This document shows positions 38,247-49,704 of a stretch of DNA of 64,000 nt, in pieces; position 1 is the first letter of the stretch, and each line of letters opens with the position of its first letter. The translations under genes were made by a program, and so were the position numbers. The notes beneath the pieces are model-generated. The model searched no databases and had not been told where the DNA came from. It saw only the letters and a list, made by a program, of their open reading frames with translations. Origin of the DNA: an uncultured Verrucomicrobiae bacterium (GTDB lineage: Bacteria > Verrucomicrobiota > Verrucomicrobiia > Chthoniobacterales > JAFAMB01); contig CAVXLD010000003.1 in NCBI GenBank assembly GCA_963762565.1, positions 32,001-96,000 of the forward strand. The letters run 5' to 3'.

Positions 38247-39806
38247 GTGCCGGATCCATCAGACCAAAGGGTAACTATTCGTACTTGGATCGCCGTTCTG
38301 GGCTCCATGCTAGGAGCCTTTATGGCAGTTCTCGATATCCAAATCACTAACGCCTCGTTGCGCGAAATTACTGGAGGTATTGCTGCGACATCAGTTGAAG
38401 CCTCATGGATTTCGACAAGTTACCTGATTGGAGAGATCGTTACCATACCGTTGACAGCGTGGTTAGCGCGAGTTTTCGGTTTACGCTGGTATCTGCTCGG
38501 CAACGTCGCACTTTTCCTGGTGTTCTCAGGACTCTGTGGCACCGCGACAGAGTTGACTCAGATGGTGATCTTTCGGGCGCTGCAAGGATTTACTGGGGGC
38601 GTGATGATTCCCGTTTCATTCACGGTGGCTAACACAATGTTGCCTCCGAATAAACGTCCGCTCGGCTTGGCGCTCTTTGGAATAACAGCGACGCTGGCGC
38701 CGGCGGTGGGTCCCTATATTGGTGGCCTACTGACGGATAATTTCGGATGGCAGATGGTATTTTATATTAATTTCCTTCCAGGCGCCGTGATGCTCGTCGC
38801 GATTGTCTATTCGATTGACGCGCAACCGCTCAATCTTAAGCTACTGCGACAGGGCGATTGGATTGGAATCGTCTGCATGGCCATTGGTCTCGGTTCCTTC
38901 ATTGCTTTTTTAGAAGAGGGCCAAAATCAAGACTGGTTTGGCAGTATCTTCATCCAACATTGCTTTGAACTGGCCGCGATTTTCATACCGCTCTTCCTGA
39001 TCATCGAGTTCGTTGTCAAAAGACCGGTTGTAAATCTTCGGTTGTTTCGCGATCGAAATCTGGCTTTTGCTAGTATCGTTAATTTCGTAATGGGAGCCGG
39101 GCTTTACGGTTCCGTTTTTCTGCTACCCCAGTACCTGGAACAAGTTCAGCAATACAGCGCTCGCCAAACCGGGGAGTACATGGTTTTAATCGGTCTACCG
39201 CAACTGCTAATCTTTCCATTTGTTCCGCGTCTGATGAAAATGATCGACTTAAGACTTATCGTTTTTTTCGGCGCCGCCATCTTTGGTGCAAGCTGCTTTC
39301 TTAACACTCACATGGCGCCTCAATTTGGTGGACCGCAATTCCAACTGGCTAACGTGATCAGAGCTTTAGGGCAGCCGTTTACAATCGTGCCTCTCTCTGC
39401 GATCGCAACGGCCGCCTTGGCGAGGGAGCAACAGGGTGATGGCTCTGCGCTTTTCAATATCGCTCGCAACCTTGGCGGAAGCGTCGGTACGGCCCTCCTA
39501 AGCACCATGATCACTCAGCGGGAGCAGTTTCACGATTTTCGGATCGGTGAACGGGTGACGATTTACAGCCTGGAGGTTCAGCGATTTCTCAACTCTCAGG
39601 CAGCACAGTTCACGAGGCAGGGCGGTGACCCTGTCTTAGCGATGAAGCGCGTTTACAAAACCCTGCAGAGCTCGGTACAGCTATCTTCTTTTGTCATGGC
39701 TTTCAGCGAATGTTTTTTAGTAGTGGGAATCGTCCTTCTCGCAGGATCGATGACAATTTGGTTGTGCCGGAAAACGAAATCAGCGGGCGAGGCACCAGCC
39801 GCGTAG
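38247..39806 (+). CDS. EmrB/QacA DHA2 MFS transporter
   Basis: GAFMAVLDIQITN, WISTSYL, FRALQG, APAVGPYIGG; GTG start preferred. Confidence 0.9.
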   Translation: MPDPSDQRVTIRTWIAVLGSMLGAFMAVLDIQITNASLREITGGIAATSVEASWISTSYLIGEIVTIPLTAWLARVFGLRWYLLGNVALFLVFSGLCGTATELTQMVIFRALQGFTGGVMIPVSFTVANTMLPPNKRPLGLALFGITATLAPAVGPYIGGLLTDNFGWQMVFYINFLPGAVMLVAIVYSIDAQPLNLKLLRQGDWIGIVCMAIGLGSFIAFLEEGQNQDWFGSIFIQHCFELAAIFIPLFLIIEFVVKRPVVNLRLFRDRNLAFASIVNFVMGAGLYGSVFLLPQYLEQVQQYSARQTGEYMVLIGLPQLLIFPFVPRLMKMIDLRLIVFFGAAIFGASCFLNTHMAPQFGGPQFQLANVIRALGQPFTIVPLSAIATAALAREQQGDGSALFNIARNLGGSVGTALLSTMITQREQFHDFRIGERVTIYSLEVQRFLNSQAAQFTRQGGDPVLAMKRVYKTLQSSVQLSSFVMAFSECFLVVGIVLLAGSMTIWLCRKTKSAGEAPAA

Positions 39807-40417
39807 GCGGAGCCAAATCAATTAACGCGTGGACCATTCGATGGTCCGACGCGACATGGCCGGGTTATTTGGTGGACTCTCTGTTTGGTAATGCGCGAAT
39901 TCACCAAACAACGGAGATCAACCTTTCCCATTCTCGCTAAATCTCGTTAATTCCCGGTTGATCGCATTGTTCACTGCGTTTTCGATGCCGTGTGAAGGGG
40001 AACCGACCAACTCAATCTTTTTGTACACCGGTTTCGCCTCTGCCGTCATGACCCCCGGTGTCGGCTTGCCCTAAACTGGCGCCCTCGGGGTGCGCATCAA
40101 CAATTGCTGGGTTGAAACGATCTGAACGATTAATTCGAAATAGGGAAAACCACATAAGCGCTGCGGATCGAACCTTTTTGGCCTGCGTCGCTGGGCAGCA
40201 GTGCCGGCCCGCAAAAGCGAACAACGGGGTCAGCGGGAGGCGATTCTCGCTGACCTCCGTATCACGTACGACAGCTTGAAAAGCCCGGTCCGCGCCGGTT
40301 CCACTCAATCTTCTCGACCTTTCCATCGCATCGGGTGCTCTGGCTCCAGTCGGGAACCGTAGAATTGCTTTCCGCGTCTAGATTACGACCTGCCGTCCTA
40401 TCAAAACGACGCTTGTC

Positions 40418-42067
40418 CTAAATCTGCGTCTTCTGCCGCAACCGAAGCCAACTGAACCCAAACGCTGGTAATTCTAAGCTGATCTCCGCCTTCTTTATTT
40501 TCTCATTCGGGCGCTCATCAAAGAGGTGAATGAAATGATCAAACGTTTTCTCCCAAAGCTTGATAACAACTTTAACCGAAGCGCCGGTTAGGTTATGGGC
40601 GGCGATGACCGCGTTCCCGTTTTCATCCTGACAACTGTGGGCAAAAATTTTAGTCGGTTCAGTCGTTTCCAGGACACGATAGGTTCCAGTACTGAATTCC
40701 GGGTATTCTTTACGGGTTCTAATCATCCGCTCTAAATAGTTCAATAGCGACTTGGGATCGCGCCGCTGAGCTTGCACATTAACTTTTCGATAGCTGAATG
40801 CGCCTTTGTCAATCACCGGACGGACGAGGCTCGCTGGATCTGCTGTGGAAAAGCCCGCATTCATGTCCGCTGTCCATTGCATTGGTGTCCGAACACTATT
40901 TCGTTCTGCTTGATTGAGATCTTCACCCATGCCGATCTCCTCGCCGTACCAAAGAATTGGCGTCCCCGGGACAGTGAAGATCAAACTATAAAGCAGTAGC
41001 TGCAGATCGAGGCGCCCACCGAGCATTGGCGCCAACCGGCGCCGAATGCCTCGTTGATAAATTTGCATGGTTGGCTTCGGACCAAAAGCGCGAAAACAAA
41101 TTTCGCGTTCCGACTGGCTCAAACGGCTAAGGTCCAGTTCATCATGATTTCTTACGAAATAAGCCCAGTGACTCAGGATCGGTATCTGAGGTAATTGGCG
41201 AAGAGCACGCTCGATCGGTTCCGGTGATTGCTCGGCGATAGCTAGAAAAAGATGGGGATTGACGAAGAAATTAATCACCATCGTCATTCGTTGACCCCGC
41301 TCGCCGAAATAGTTCAAAATCTGATCGGGAGCGACGTTCGCTTCTGCCACCAAAATTGCATCGCCGGTCTTCCAGCGAAGGAACTCGCGAAATTCTTCCA
41401 AGTAATCAAACGACTCATGTGGCTGCTTCTCCGCATCCGGTCCCTTGTACGCTATCACGAAAGGCGCAGCGTCCACGCGGAAGCCGGAGACGCCCAACGC
41501 CAGCCAAAAACCCATGACCTTCTTGATTTCGTCGCGCACCGTCGGGTTCCCTGTATTGAGATCGGGTTGATACGAATAAAACCGATGGAAATAGTAAGCC
41601 TTCGCCAGCTTGTCAAATTTCCAGACACCGGATTCCTTGCCCGGGAACGCAGCTTGGGCCGATGTATCGCCTGGGTCATCCTTTCGCCAAACATAGTAAC
41701 CGTAGTATTTAGGATCGTTACGACGAGCGGCTTGAAACCAAGGATGTTGGTCGGAGGTGTGGTTGACCACCAGATCGATGATCACGCGAATGCCGCGATC
41801 ATTCGCTTCACACATGAAAGCGGCGAAATCGCCAAGATCGCCCAAATGTGGATGAACCGACAGATAGTCGGTGATGTCGTATCCATTATCCCGATCCGGC
41901 GAGTTGTAGAATGGAAGTAACCAGATGCAGGTTACGCCCAAGCCAGCTAAATAACTTAACGCCTGTCGCAACCCAATAAAATCTCCGATACCATCGCCGT
42001 TGCCGTCGCGAAACGTGTCAACGTCGACGCAATAAATAACCGCATTTTTAAACCATCGATTCTCCAT
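40418..42067 (-). CDS. GH13 alpha-amylase family protein, trehalose synthase-like
   Basis: DGNGDGIGDF, DNGYD, LVVNHTS, GFRVDA, EAN, RNHDE, YGEEIGM, RTPMQW. Confidence 0.88.
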   Translation of the reverse strand: MENRWFKNAVIYCVDVDTFRDGNGDGIGDFIGLRQALSYLAGLGVTCIWLLPFYNSPDRDNGYDITDYLSVHPHLGDLGDFAAFMCEANDRGIRVIIDLVVNHTSDQHPWFQAARRNDPKYYGYYVWRKDDPGDTSAQAAFPGKESGVWKFDKLAKAYYFHRFYSYQPDLNTGNPTVRDEIKKVMGFWLALGVSGFRVDAAPFVIAYKGPDAEKQPHESFDYLEEFREFLRWKTGDAILVAEANVAPDQILNYFGERGQRMTMVINFFVNPHLFLAIAEQSPEPIERALRQLPQIPILSHWAYFVRNHDELDLSRLSQSEREICFRAFGPKPTMQIYQRGIRRRLAPMLGGRLDLQLLLYSLIFTVPGTPILWYGEEIGMGEDLNQAERNSVRTPMQWTADMNAGFSTADPASLVRPVIDKGAFSYRKVNVQAQRRDPKSLLNYLERMIRTRKEYPEFSTGTYRVLETTEPTKIFAHSCQDENGNAVIAAHNLTGASVKVVIKLWEKTFDHFIHLFDERPNEKIKKAEISLELPAFGFSWLRLRQKTQI

Positions 42068-42103
42068 GGAGACTCCTTTTGCGGATGAATTTCTAGCTGG
42101 TTT

Positions 42104-42225
42104 TTACCCCGAGGTAAGAAACATTCCGATGGTAGCGAGCGCCATGATAGCGGCCGCCGCCCAGCCAACCGCTCTTAAGTATACCGGAAGATGCAGCTTT
42201 TCGATGACCTTCGGTTGATTGGTTT
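42104..42225 (-). pseudogene. 3' fragment resembling the C-terminus of an NRAMP-type metal transporter
   Basis: NQPKVIEKLHLPVYLRAVGWAAAAIMALATIGMF; upstream sequence is not transporter-like. Confidence 0.45.
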
Positions 42226-42600
42226 TTTCGGATGCGGCAGAGACTGTAGCCATGCGTTTCGAGGCCATGGCTATGGTCCCGGGGTTTCGCTTGCGCCGCC
42301 GCGACTGTTCCATAAAATGGAAGTTCGCATTCCGGGCATGCAACGGATTTATCATAGGTTCCACCGTTAGATTGACCTTGATCCCAGTCGACTCTAACTC
42401 AATCGCATGGCGAGCGGCATAGCGTTGAGAGCCGTCTTGGACGCAGGGTAGAAGGGGGCCGAACATCGAGCGCCAGGGGAAGGCCGGGCCGTTAGAGATA
42501 TTCTGCAAGACAGCTGATCTGTCATCATGACGTTCACTTCGAGCGGGGATTTGACAAAGCTGGTATCGTCAGGGAGCCTGTTCGCCTGATTCACTCATCC

Positions 42601-43575
42601 GTTAGGGAAGGTAAGGAACTGATTTTAGCAACAAGACCGTACGCGGCCGATGAGCCAAGGAGGAGCTGGTGGTGTATTCTGTCCACGGGGAGCCTTTTAA
42701 TTGCTGCAATCGCCGGTACGCATTGGAACTTTGATGCGATAGGACAGATCGCCTGCAGCGTTCTCAGCGGTTTGTTGCTCCTGAGGCTTTTCGTGATCTA
42801 TCACGACCAGCAGCATCAGGCGATTTTGGCCAAGTCCGGGCTAGCCGACGCTTTGATGAGGATCTTTGGAATTCTCTCCCTTAGTCCGTCGAGCATTTGG
42901 ACCAGCTCCCACAATCATCATCACAATCACAACTCCAAGCTGCGTGGTTCCAATATCGGGTCTTTCCCAATAATGACTAAGGACCAGTTCTTGAAATCAT
43001 CGTGGGCTGTACGGACGCAATACCTATTTTTTCGTCACCCGTTCACGATCTTGTTCGGCTACATTTTTATTTTTCTTGGTGGAATGTGTGTTTTTCCACT
43101 ACTCCGCAAGCCGCGCGAACATTACGATTGTCTGATCGCGCTGGTGATCCATGTCGCCGTCGGGGTAACGCTTACGTTGATGTTTGGTTGGCAGGCGCTC
43201 CTGTTAACACAACTGGTCCCAGTTTTAATCGCCGGCGCGATCGGCTCCTACTTGTTTTACGCACAACACAATTTCCCAGACGTAGTGTTCAACGACGCGG
43301 CTGGCTGGACGTATCACAAAGCCGCCTTGCAGTCCTCCAGTTTTTTGCGAACCGGGCCAATTATGGGATGGTTTACCGCCAATATCGGTTATCACCATAT
43401 CCACCATTTGAACGCGCGCATTCCGTTCTACCGGTTGCCGGAAGTCCTGAGAAATGTACCCGAATTGCGGGTGGCCAAGACAACCTCGCTGCATCCGATG
43501 GAGATCTTTCGTTGTTTGCGTTTGAAGGTTTGGGATGTCGAGTCCCAGCGCATGATAGCGCTAGCAGAGATCTAG
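42601..43575 (+). CDS. Membrane fatty acid desaturase; lacks a canonical start codon at the likely N-terminus
   Basis: His boxes HDQQH, HNHHH, HHIHH; frame stays open upstream of 42772 through GKELILATRPYA. Confidence 0.75.
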   Translation, partial: VREGKELILATRPYAADEPRRSWWCILSTGSLLIAAIAGTHWNFDAIGQIACSVLSGLLLLRLFVIYHDQQHQAILAKSGLADALMRIFGILSLSPSSIWTSSHNHHHNHNSKLRGSNIGSFPIMTKDQFLKSSWAVRTQYLFFRHPFTILFGYIFIFLGGMCVFPLLRKPREHYDCLIALVIHVAVGVTLTLMFGWQALLLTQLVPVLIAGAIGSYLFYAQHNFPDVVFNDAAGWTYHKAALQSSSFLRTGPIMGWFTANIGYHHIHHLNARIPFYRLPEVLRNVPELRVAKTTSLHPMEIFRCLRLKVWDVESQRMIALAEI

Positions 43576-43605
43576 CAGCAGGGGACGTATCCAGCGCTCA
43601 CAACG

Positions 43606-43770
43606 CGCTTCGTTCTCGTCCTCGTCGTCGTCCTTCCGACTTCGCCAACGTCCTGATTGTGGAGCGCGCCTCGCTTGCGAGGCCGACTTCGAGCGGTTGG
43701 CAACATAGAGCTTAGGCTTCGTCGGACAGGCTGTCCTCGAATCCGGCCACGCGGAGTGATGGAGTGTGGG
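43606..43770. repeat. Family A repeat with inner module
   Basis: Near-identical to 32856-33000 and 61462-61620. Confidence 0.85.
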
Positions 43771-43787
43771 GGTGTTTTATTTCAGTC

Positions 43788-44069
43788 TTACGATAGCCAA
43801 GACTGGGAATGCTTTGCCTCGTATTTCTCCGCGTACTCCATTGCCTGCTTTAGGGCGTCACCCTCTTGAACGGAATCGAAAATCTTGGTCACCTTTTCCG
43901 CCTTAAAATCATCAGGCAAAATGTCTAATACCGCTGCATCGCCAACCATGAGCATGATTTGATACTTGGGCATATTACCGACGTGTCGATGTGAAAAAAG
44001 CCGTTCGCCGGTCTTGCCGCCTATGTACCAAAACGGATTGTTGATAATCTCTCTTATGTGCTTCGGCAT
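43788..44069 (-). CDS. Hypothetical protein
   Basis: ATG ORF of 93 aa; no recognised motif. Confidence 0.35.
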   Translation of the reverse strand: MPKHIREIINNPFWYIGGKTGERLFSHRHVGNMPKYQIMLMVGDAAVLDILPDDFKAEKVTKIFDSVQEGDALKQAMEYAEKYEAKHSQSWLS

Positions 44070-45312
44070 AAGTCATACCTTAATCAGCCTCCCTATCCAC
44101 TCCGTTATTTCGGCTTCTTCCTTCCCCAGGTGAAGTTTTAGAACGTCATCGGATCATCGACCGCTTTGAACGGTACTTGGTCTCCTACTTTAAGCGGAGA
44201 TTTGCCTGCACCAGAAATTGCGAATGAGTGTGTGTCGGGGTCTATGTCCGAAACAGGAGAAGCGTCGGCCTCCGCGCAAATGCCCCTAAGTATAAGCTCG
44301 ACGCGTCCTAGGTTGCCTGGCTTAAGATTGAGCGTTGCGCAATAGCCGTCGGCGTCTTCCTGAACGTTTATGACTGTGGCTAGTGAATTCATCATCAATA
44401 AAGGATCGATACAGTGACGGCGCTCAAGTTTTTTTTCGTCCACGAACTTCGAGGTACACGAGATTACAAAGGACCTGGTCAAGGCGACCGCTCGGCGTTC
44501 GGCACCTGAAAGATCGTCGTAATTTCGTTGATCATTTCTCGGGTCAGGCCCGGTATACGGCGCCTCAAGATTAGGGATCTCTCCGGCAGCTTCCCGGTTA
44601 GTTTCAGATACCGGCGACGCTTCTCCTTCTCCCTCTCGGACAGCATCGGTGGCGGCTCCAGATGTCTCGGCAGTTCCGACCGTTTCAGCGGGTACGGCCT
44701 CGACAGGTAACGTATCACCCCGCAAATTACCGTGCTCGGCTTGTTGTTGCAAATGGTCCACAAGAGCACTAGCGGCGTTATCTGGACCGGGATTAGGCGC
44801 CGGTGAATTTTTCACTTGCAAAGTGCGAAAAAAGTCTAGTTGCTGCCAGACCATGGATGATTTTGATTTGCCAGAGCAACCGGAAACCAACGAACCAAAA
44901 GGGCATAGATTGCACCCCCTCATCAAGGAATGAGTGGGCATACCGGGAAAGGCGTCCAGTCAGAAAACTGGGTAGAGCGAGGCATTCACAATCGCGCAGG
45001 GGGAGACACTAAAAGCCTTATGCCGCTCGTTAGAATGGATGTTTTAAAAGGTTCAACGCCTTTAGGGTATTTCGTCATTGATTCACCAGGGATAGATCAG
45101 GCATCGATTCTAGGTTACCTCACCGAAAGAGATAAAGAGCATATCTCCTACAAGCTTAGTTTGGGTGACTATCCACGGACACCAGGCTTACCGCCTGAAT
45201 TTCATTTTTTGTTCCGTGCTAATCCGCAGCCACTATTGCCACAGGATTTCGCGAAGCGTAGCCCTGACTTTTCGACAGAAAAAGGATGCCGGGTCTGGAT
45301 CACTAAGCTTCC

Positions 45313-45657
45313 CTAAATATCCCTAACGCCGCCCGAATCACCCATCTGCTCTAAAACACGGATCCCATCGCCGGAATGAGAAATGAAAAGTTCGTCTTTG
45401 GTTCTGGTCGCCGGATCGAAGCCTTCGATATGCACCTTCGGCGAATCCGCTAGTGGTCCTTTCCGCAATCCTCTTATCGCCGATGCGATACGCTGAAAAT
45501 TTGCCCAATCCGATACGCCGAAGTGAAGCATGCCACCGGTGGCGTGTAAGGCTGTACCTCCTGTACCGCCACCCTCCAGTATACTAATCACTTCTTCTGC
45601 GTCTCCTGCCGATCGCAGATCATTATAGAAAGCGTTTTTTTCTTCGATGATGGTCAT
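45313..45657 (-). CDS. Hypothetical protein
   Basis: ATG ORF of 114 aa with protein-like composition. Confidence 0.45.
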   Translation of the reverse strand: MTIIEEKNAFYNDLRSAGDAEEVISILEGGGTGGTALHATGGMLHFGVSDWANFQRIASAIRGLRKGPLADSPKVHIEGFDPATRTKDELFISHSGDGIRVLEQMGDSGGVRDI

Positions 45658-45982
45658 AGTTCAAGTCACTCCAGCAGCCTGATTATTGCGGTGGCACTTA
45701 TGTAGTCTATAACGTTTCGATGTTCTTTAATCCCTCTGTATGGCGGTCCCATTCTGCCGCTGAGCATGTATCGTATAAAGCGTAAACCTCGGTCATATTG
45801 TGTACTTCGTGTTCTGCCAAGAGTTCCAATAGCACACTCTTGTTCTTCTTCGGTCATAGCGCAGAGGATATCAGAGAAAAAGAGCCGAGAAAATCCCGAT
45901 CGGGCCGCGAGGTTCTGGGCGATCATGCCGCCGAAAAAAGGCACGCGAAAAATTGTGGCGTTTGCTTAGTCTTCAACCGTAT

Positions 45983-46348
45983 CTACAGCAAATTCGACGC
46001 GCTTTTGTCTACGCATTCGGGAGTGCACGCGGGCAGTGACAAGAGGTTATCGCTCAAAATGCCGTCTGCTTGGGTTTCGACGTATGCAGGTCTTCCGGTC
46101 GGCCTAACCACGTAGAGGTACACCTTCTGAGTCTTGAAGATCTTGAAAGTGTAGAATTCCTCGTTTCCGCCTTCGATTCTCCGTACAGCCGATCCCCGGC
46201 TAATTTTCCAGAGCGAATCATTGTTTCCTATGTGGGTGATATGCTCGAGAGTATTATGCTGACCAGTCCGTGATATCAGCACACTATTTACTTCATGTTC
46301 TTTAATCTCAAAAGATCCAGATTCTTGCACGTGTACGAATTGGGTCAT
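45983..46348 (-). CDS. DUF3892-like protein
   Basis: HITHIG..YVETQADGILSDNLLSLPAC signature. Confidence 0.7.
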   Translation of the reverse strand: MTQFVHVQESGSFEIKEHEVNSVLISRTGQHNTLEHITHIGNNDSLWKISRGSAVRRIEGGNEEFYTFKIFKTQKVYLYVVRPTGRPAYVETQADGILSDNLLSLPACTPECVDKSASNLL

Positions 46349-46580
46349 CGAAGAACTAAATTCGATTTAGCCTTCGCTTGGCAATACGTAGAATGACGTA
46401 TTGAGGCGCGGGGGACGCGCGAAAGCTTCAGTTTTAACGCTTTAATATCACCTCTTAAAGCGTCAACCCCATTCATATCCCAAAAATCTCTGAGGCTATC
46501 CACGGCCTTTTTTGCTAGGTTCCACTTTGATTAGTTCGAGGCCTGCTAGTCCAGCTAAGGCTTGCGACGGAATAAAGTTT

Positions 46581-47906
46581 ATGTCAGAGAGCGCGGTTTT
46601 CCTTGATACCAACGTTTTTATCCAGTGCAAGCTGCTCGAGGAGTTGCCATGGAACGAGATTAGTCCTCACAGCAGCATCAGGCTTATCGTGGCTAACGCT
46701 GTCTTCGACGAATTAGATAGGCTCAAGAGTGACGGCAACAGCCGAAGATCGAAACGAGCCAGGACGGCTTGCGCTCGCTTTCGCAAGATTTTGCGTCCCC
46801 TCGAAAGAATAGTGATCAAGCAAACCAATCCGAACGTAACACTGGAGTTGGCACCGGAAAATTGGGAAGACACGCAGGACTTTTCCGACATTGATCTGTC
46901 CCGTAGCGACCACCGGCTGGTAGCCGAGGCCTTAGCTTTTAGCAATGCAAATCGTGATACCGACGTAATGCTTCTAAGCCACGACCTTGGGCCGATAAGA
47001 ACCGCAACGAGGAAGGGTTTGGCTTGCCTGGAAACGCCCGAGTTGTGGTTGCTACCTTCGGAGAACGACGAAAGGGACAAAAAAATAGACTCCCTGACTC
47101 AAGAAAACCAGCGATTGCGAACACAGTTCGCCAGCATTGATTTATGGGCCGGAGATGATCCGAAGGTTGATCAGGAAAGCATTTGTCTCGACGTCCCGTG
47201 CTTCACTGTTTTGACCGGACCTCAGATTGAGGAATTGATTGGTGAGAGTACGAAGCGCTTTCCGAACGAAACGACCAAACTGGATCCTGGAACGCAGCAC
47301 GCTTACAAGCAAAGAATTGTAGGTTCTGGAGAATTTGCTGAGCACAACCGTAGATATTCAGAATGGCTGGATAGGCTCAGAAACTTCCTCAGTAACGTTC
47401 ATTTCGACTTCAACTTAAACCATCAAAAGAAGGTCGTCGGATTCACGCTGCACTCTAATGGAGTCCGACCAGCCGAGAATCTAAGAATCGAGCTTGAAGC
47501 TTTCGGTGACCTGCTCATCCAACAAGCCAGCTCTCCAGAGTCCGTCATCGAGGCTCCAAACCCTCCGAAGCTAGGAGCCAATCGACCACCGACCAATCAG
47601 TTTATCCGAAAGACGGCGCCTGCGGATGGACCGTTCATTTGCGAATCCACTGACCCAACCCCGACAAAACTCCTTCGATATTCTCGGATGCACTTCTTTC
47701 ATAATAGAGATCCGGAGAGACTCTTATTTGCTGTGCGGCCTTCTAGCGACCCGAGCTCTGGGGGTATGGTTCGATGCACAATTATCGGAGAAAATTTGCC
47801 GGAACGTCTGACAAAAGAAATAAAGGTATCGTTCAGCTATCACGATTCGGATTCTCGCGCCCCGGCTTTAGAATGCTTGAACCGCATGAAATGCTTGGAA
47901 TGGTGA
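46581..47906 (+). CDS. PIN-domain protein with coiled coil and uncharacterised C-terminal region
   Basis: VFLDTNVF, VFDELDRLK, SDHRLV, LLSHD acidic PIN motifs. Confidence 0.75.
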   Translation: MSESAVFLDTNVFIQCKLLEELPWNEISPHSSIRLIVANAVFDELDRLKSDGNSRRSKRARTACARFRKILRPLERIVIKQTNPNVTLELAPENWEDTQDFSDIDLSRSDHRLVAEALAFSNANRDTDVMLLSHDLGPIRTATRKGLACLETPELWLLPSENDERDKKIDSLTQENQRLRTQFASIDLWAGDDPKVDQESICLDVPCFTVLTGPQIEELIGESTKRFPNETTKLDPGTQHAYKQRIVGSGEFAEHNRRYSEWLDRLRNFLSNVHFDFNLNHQKKVVGFTLHSNGVRPAENLRIELEAFGDLLIQQASSPESVIEAPNPPKLGANRPPTNQFIRKTAPADGPFICESTDPTPTKLLRYSRMHFFHNRDPERLLFAVRPSSDPSSGGMVRCTIIGENLPERLTKEIKVSFSYHDSDSRAPALECLNRMKCLEW

Positions 47907-48032
47907 AACCCTTATTTTTGGCTTTCCCCGCTATCCGCATTTACTCCTTAATCAGCCTGCCATATGGCATTTACCAACGCAAGCACCGGCTGCAACCTCG
48001 CTCTTGAACGCTTCTAGAGCTACAGTTCGGGC

Positions 48033-48239
48033 CTATTTGCCCGATCTCACTCGCCTGGTGTGTCTCCCAATGAATTTTCGGCACATATCTTGAAAGTTCT
48101 TTTCTGCGTAAGCCTCGTTTACGACGATCTTCGATGCCTCTTCAACAACGTCCGATTTGCTTAGTGCGATCAAAACAGCTAAGTCGTCTCTCAGGTCATT
48201 GAGCGTATCCTCAATTTTATCAAGCTGGCTCTGGCTCAT
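48033..48239 (-). CDS. Hypothetical protein
   Basis: 68-aa ATG ORF, helical. Confidence 0.4.
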   Translation of the reverse strand: MSQSQLDKIEDTLNDLRDDLAVLIALSKSDVVEEASKIVVNEAYAEKNFQDMCRKFIGRHTRRVRSGK

Positions 48240-48285
48240 AAAACCAAATCATCTCACCTCGATCCGATCGAGGCAACGTAACCGT

Positions 48286-48470
48286 TTACTTTCTGCCTAT
48301 CGTGCGCCCCGTCATCCAAGCCCGAACTCCGTCAACGTTCGCGCATAATTCGGCGGCTAGCTCAGTCTTCGACATTCCGTAGCACATGCGCACGGCTTCG
48401 ACTTTGCGCATTAAAGCGGCGAACTGCTTTCGCTCTTCGTCACGACGACCCGGTCGCCGTATCCAGCCAG
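48286..48470 (-). pseudogene. Degenerate XRE-like helix-turn-helix gene
   Basis: Manual translation: LMRKVEAVRMCYGMSKTELAAELCANVDGVRAWMTGRTIGRK*. Confidence 0.45.
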
Positions 48471-49150
48471 GCCGTCAAAAAGAAAAAGCGGTCTGCCATC
48501 GCCGTCTGTTACTGCGTAGATGTCCATAATCTAATTCTTGGAATATTCTTCCTCTTGTGCCCCTTTTGCTTCTGTCTACAGTGAGCCCGCTTCCCGGCGC
48601 GATGTGGTTTAAGTCGTCCCATAATTATTTGTTCCTGTCTTCGTATCTATCCCACGCTTCAAGAAAAGGCTCATACACAGCCGCGGACGAATTTTGCAAA
48701 TTCACCAAAGACATGGGCGCGAATCGAACGAACTACCATCGAGCAATATCAGCAAATATGCAATAACAGCAATCAGCCTCGAGAGCGGGCTTTGCAATAA
48801 GCGCAATATATTGCAACATCATCTCTCAGTGTTGCTTGAAGTCTGAGTTTAGGTTACTGTCCACACCAATGAAAACTCACCGAATGCCAGTCACTACCGA
48901 ACCGAACCAAACCCGCGAATTCCGAGTAGCGCCCGCGTTATCGCCCTACGACCGATATTTGACCGTCGAAGCGCAAAGGCCGAGTGGCGAATGGGCAAAC
49001 GTGTTGTCGAATCTTGTTTGCAGGGACAGCGCCGAAGCCGAAGAAACAATTCGTATGATTCGCGAAGGCGAAGATCGGAACGACGCGAAAATGCGCTCAT
49101 AGTTAATTCTGTCGTGGGGGATTGTTTTGGCAAGGGCATTGCGGTCGCCG

Positions 49151-49615
49151 TTACTTCAGAATTCCCTTGAGGGTTTGCCCATCGGAATACTTGATGTCAG
49201 TTATTCTCCAACCTTGCGCGGTGTTCGATAGTAAGAACACGATTCTTTCGTTGGTATCGATGTTTTTGAAGGAGGCCGCAACTTCGGCCGAATCCTTCTT
49301 CTCGGAGACGAGTGCGACCGAGAAGTTTTTGATGTCAAAATCCTGTGCATGGTAAAGGGGATCAAAATCCAGTTTCCCGACTTCACCGTGAGATTCCGAT
49401 TGGTCTTTTAAAAACAGAGACAATAGACTTTTCTCAAAATAGATGCCCAACAGTTTCTTGCTGGCCGGGTATAGCAAGGGGTCGGCCTTCTCATTTTTAT
49501 GTGCGGCATAAAGCTCGGCCACCACTTTTTCCGGGGATATCGCTGCGGAACTGGTCTCCGTCCATAGTCCACAGAGAGTGGAGAGAAATAGGGTAACGAC
49601 AATGGACTGTCTCAT
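49151..49615 (-). CDS. Secreted DUF3828 (YbjP-like) protein
   Basis: Signal peptide, LDFDPLYHAQD, GWRITDIKY. Confidence 0.7.
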   Translation of the reverse strand: MRQSIVVTLFLSTLCGLWTETSSAAISPEKVVAELYAAHKNEKADPLLYPASKKLLGIYFEKSLLSLFLKDQSESHGEVGKLDFDPLYHAQDFDIKNFSVALVSEKKDSAEVAASFKNIDTNERIVFLLSNTAQGWRITDIKYSDGQTLKGILK

Positions 49616-49704
49616 GTTTCCTTTATGCCTACCAAAATAGGTTGCGAGTTGCGATCTATTTGTAGCTCGATCGGCAACCGAGAATAGATGCGAAAACGGA
49701 CAAT

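Noticed and set aside
44138..45316. ORFs 44138-44941 and 44930-45316 as defined genes
   Set aside because: No motifs and overlapping divergent starts; covered only within the orphan-patch finding
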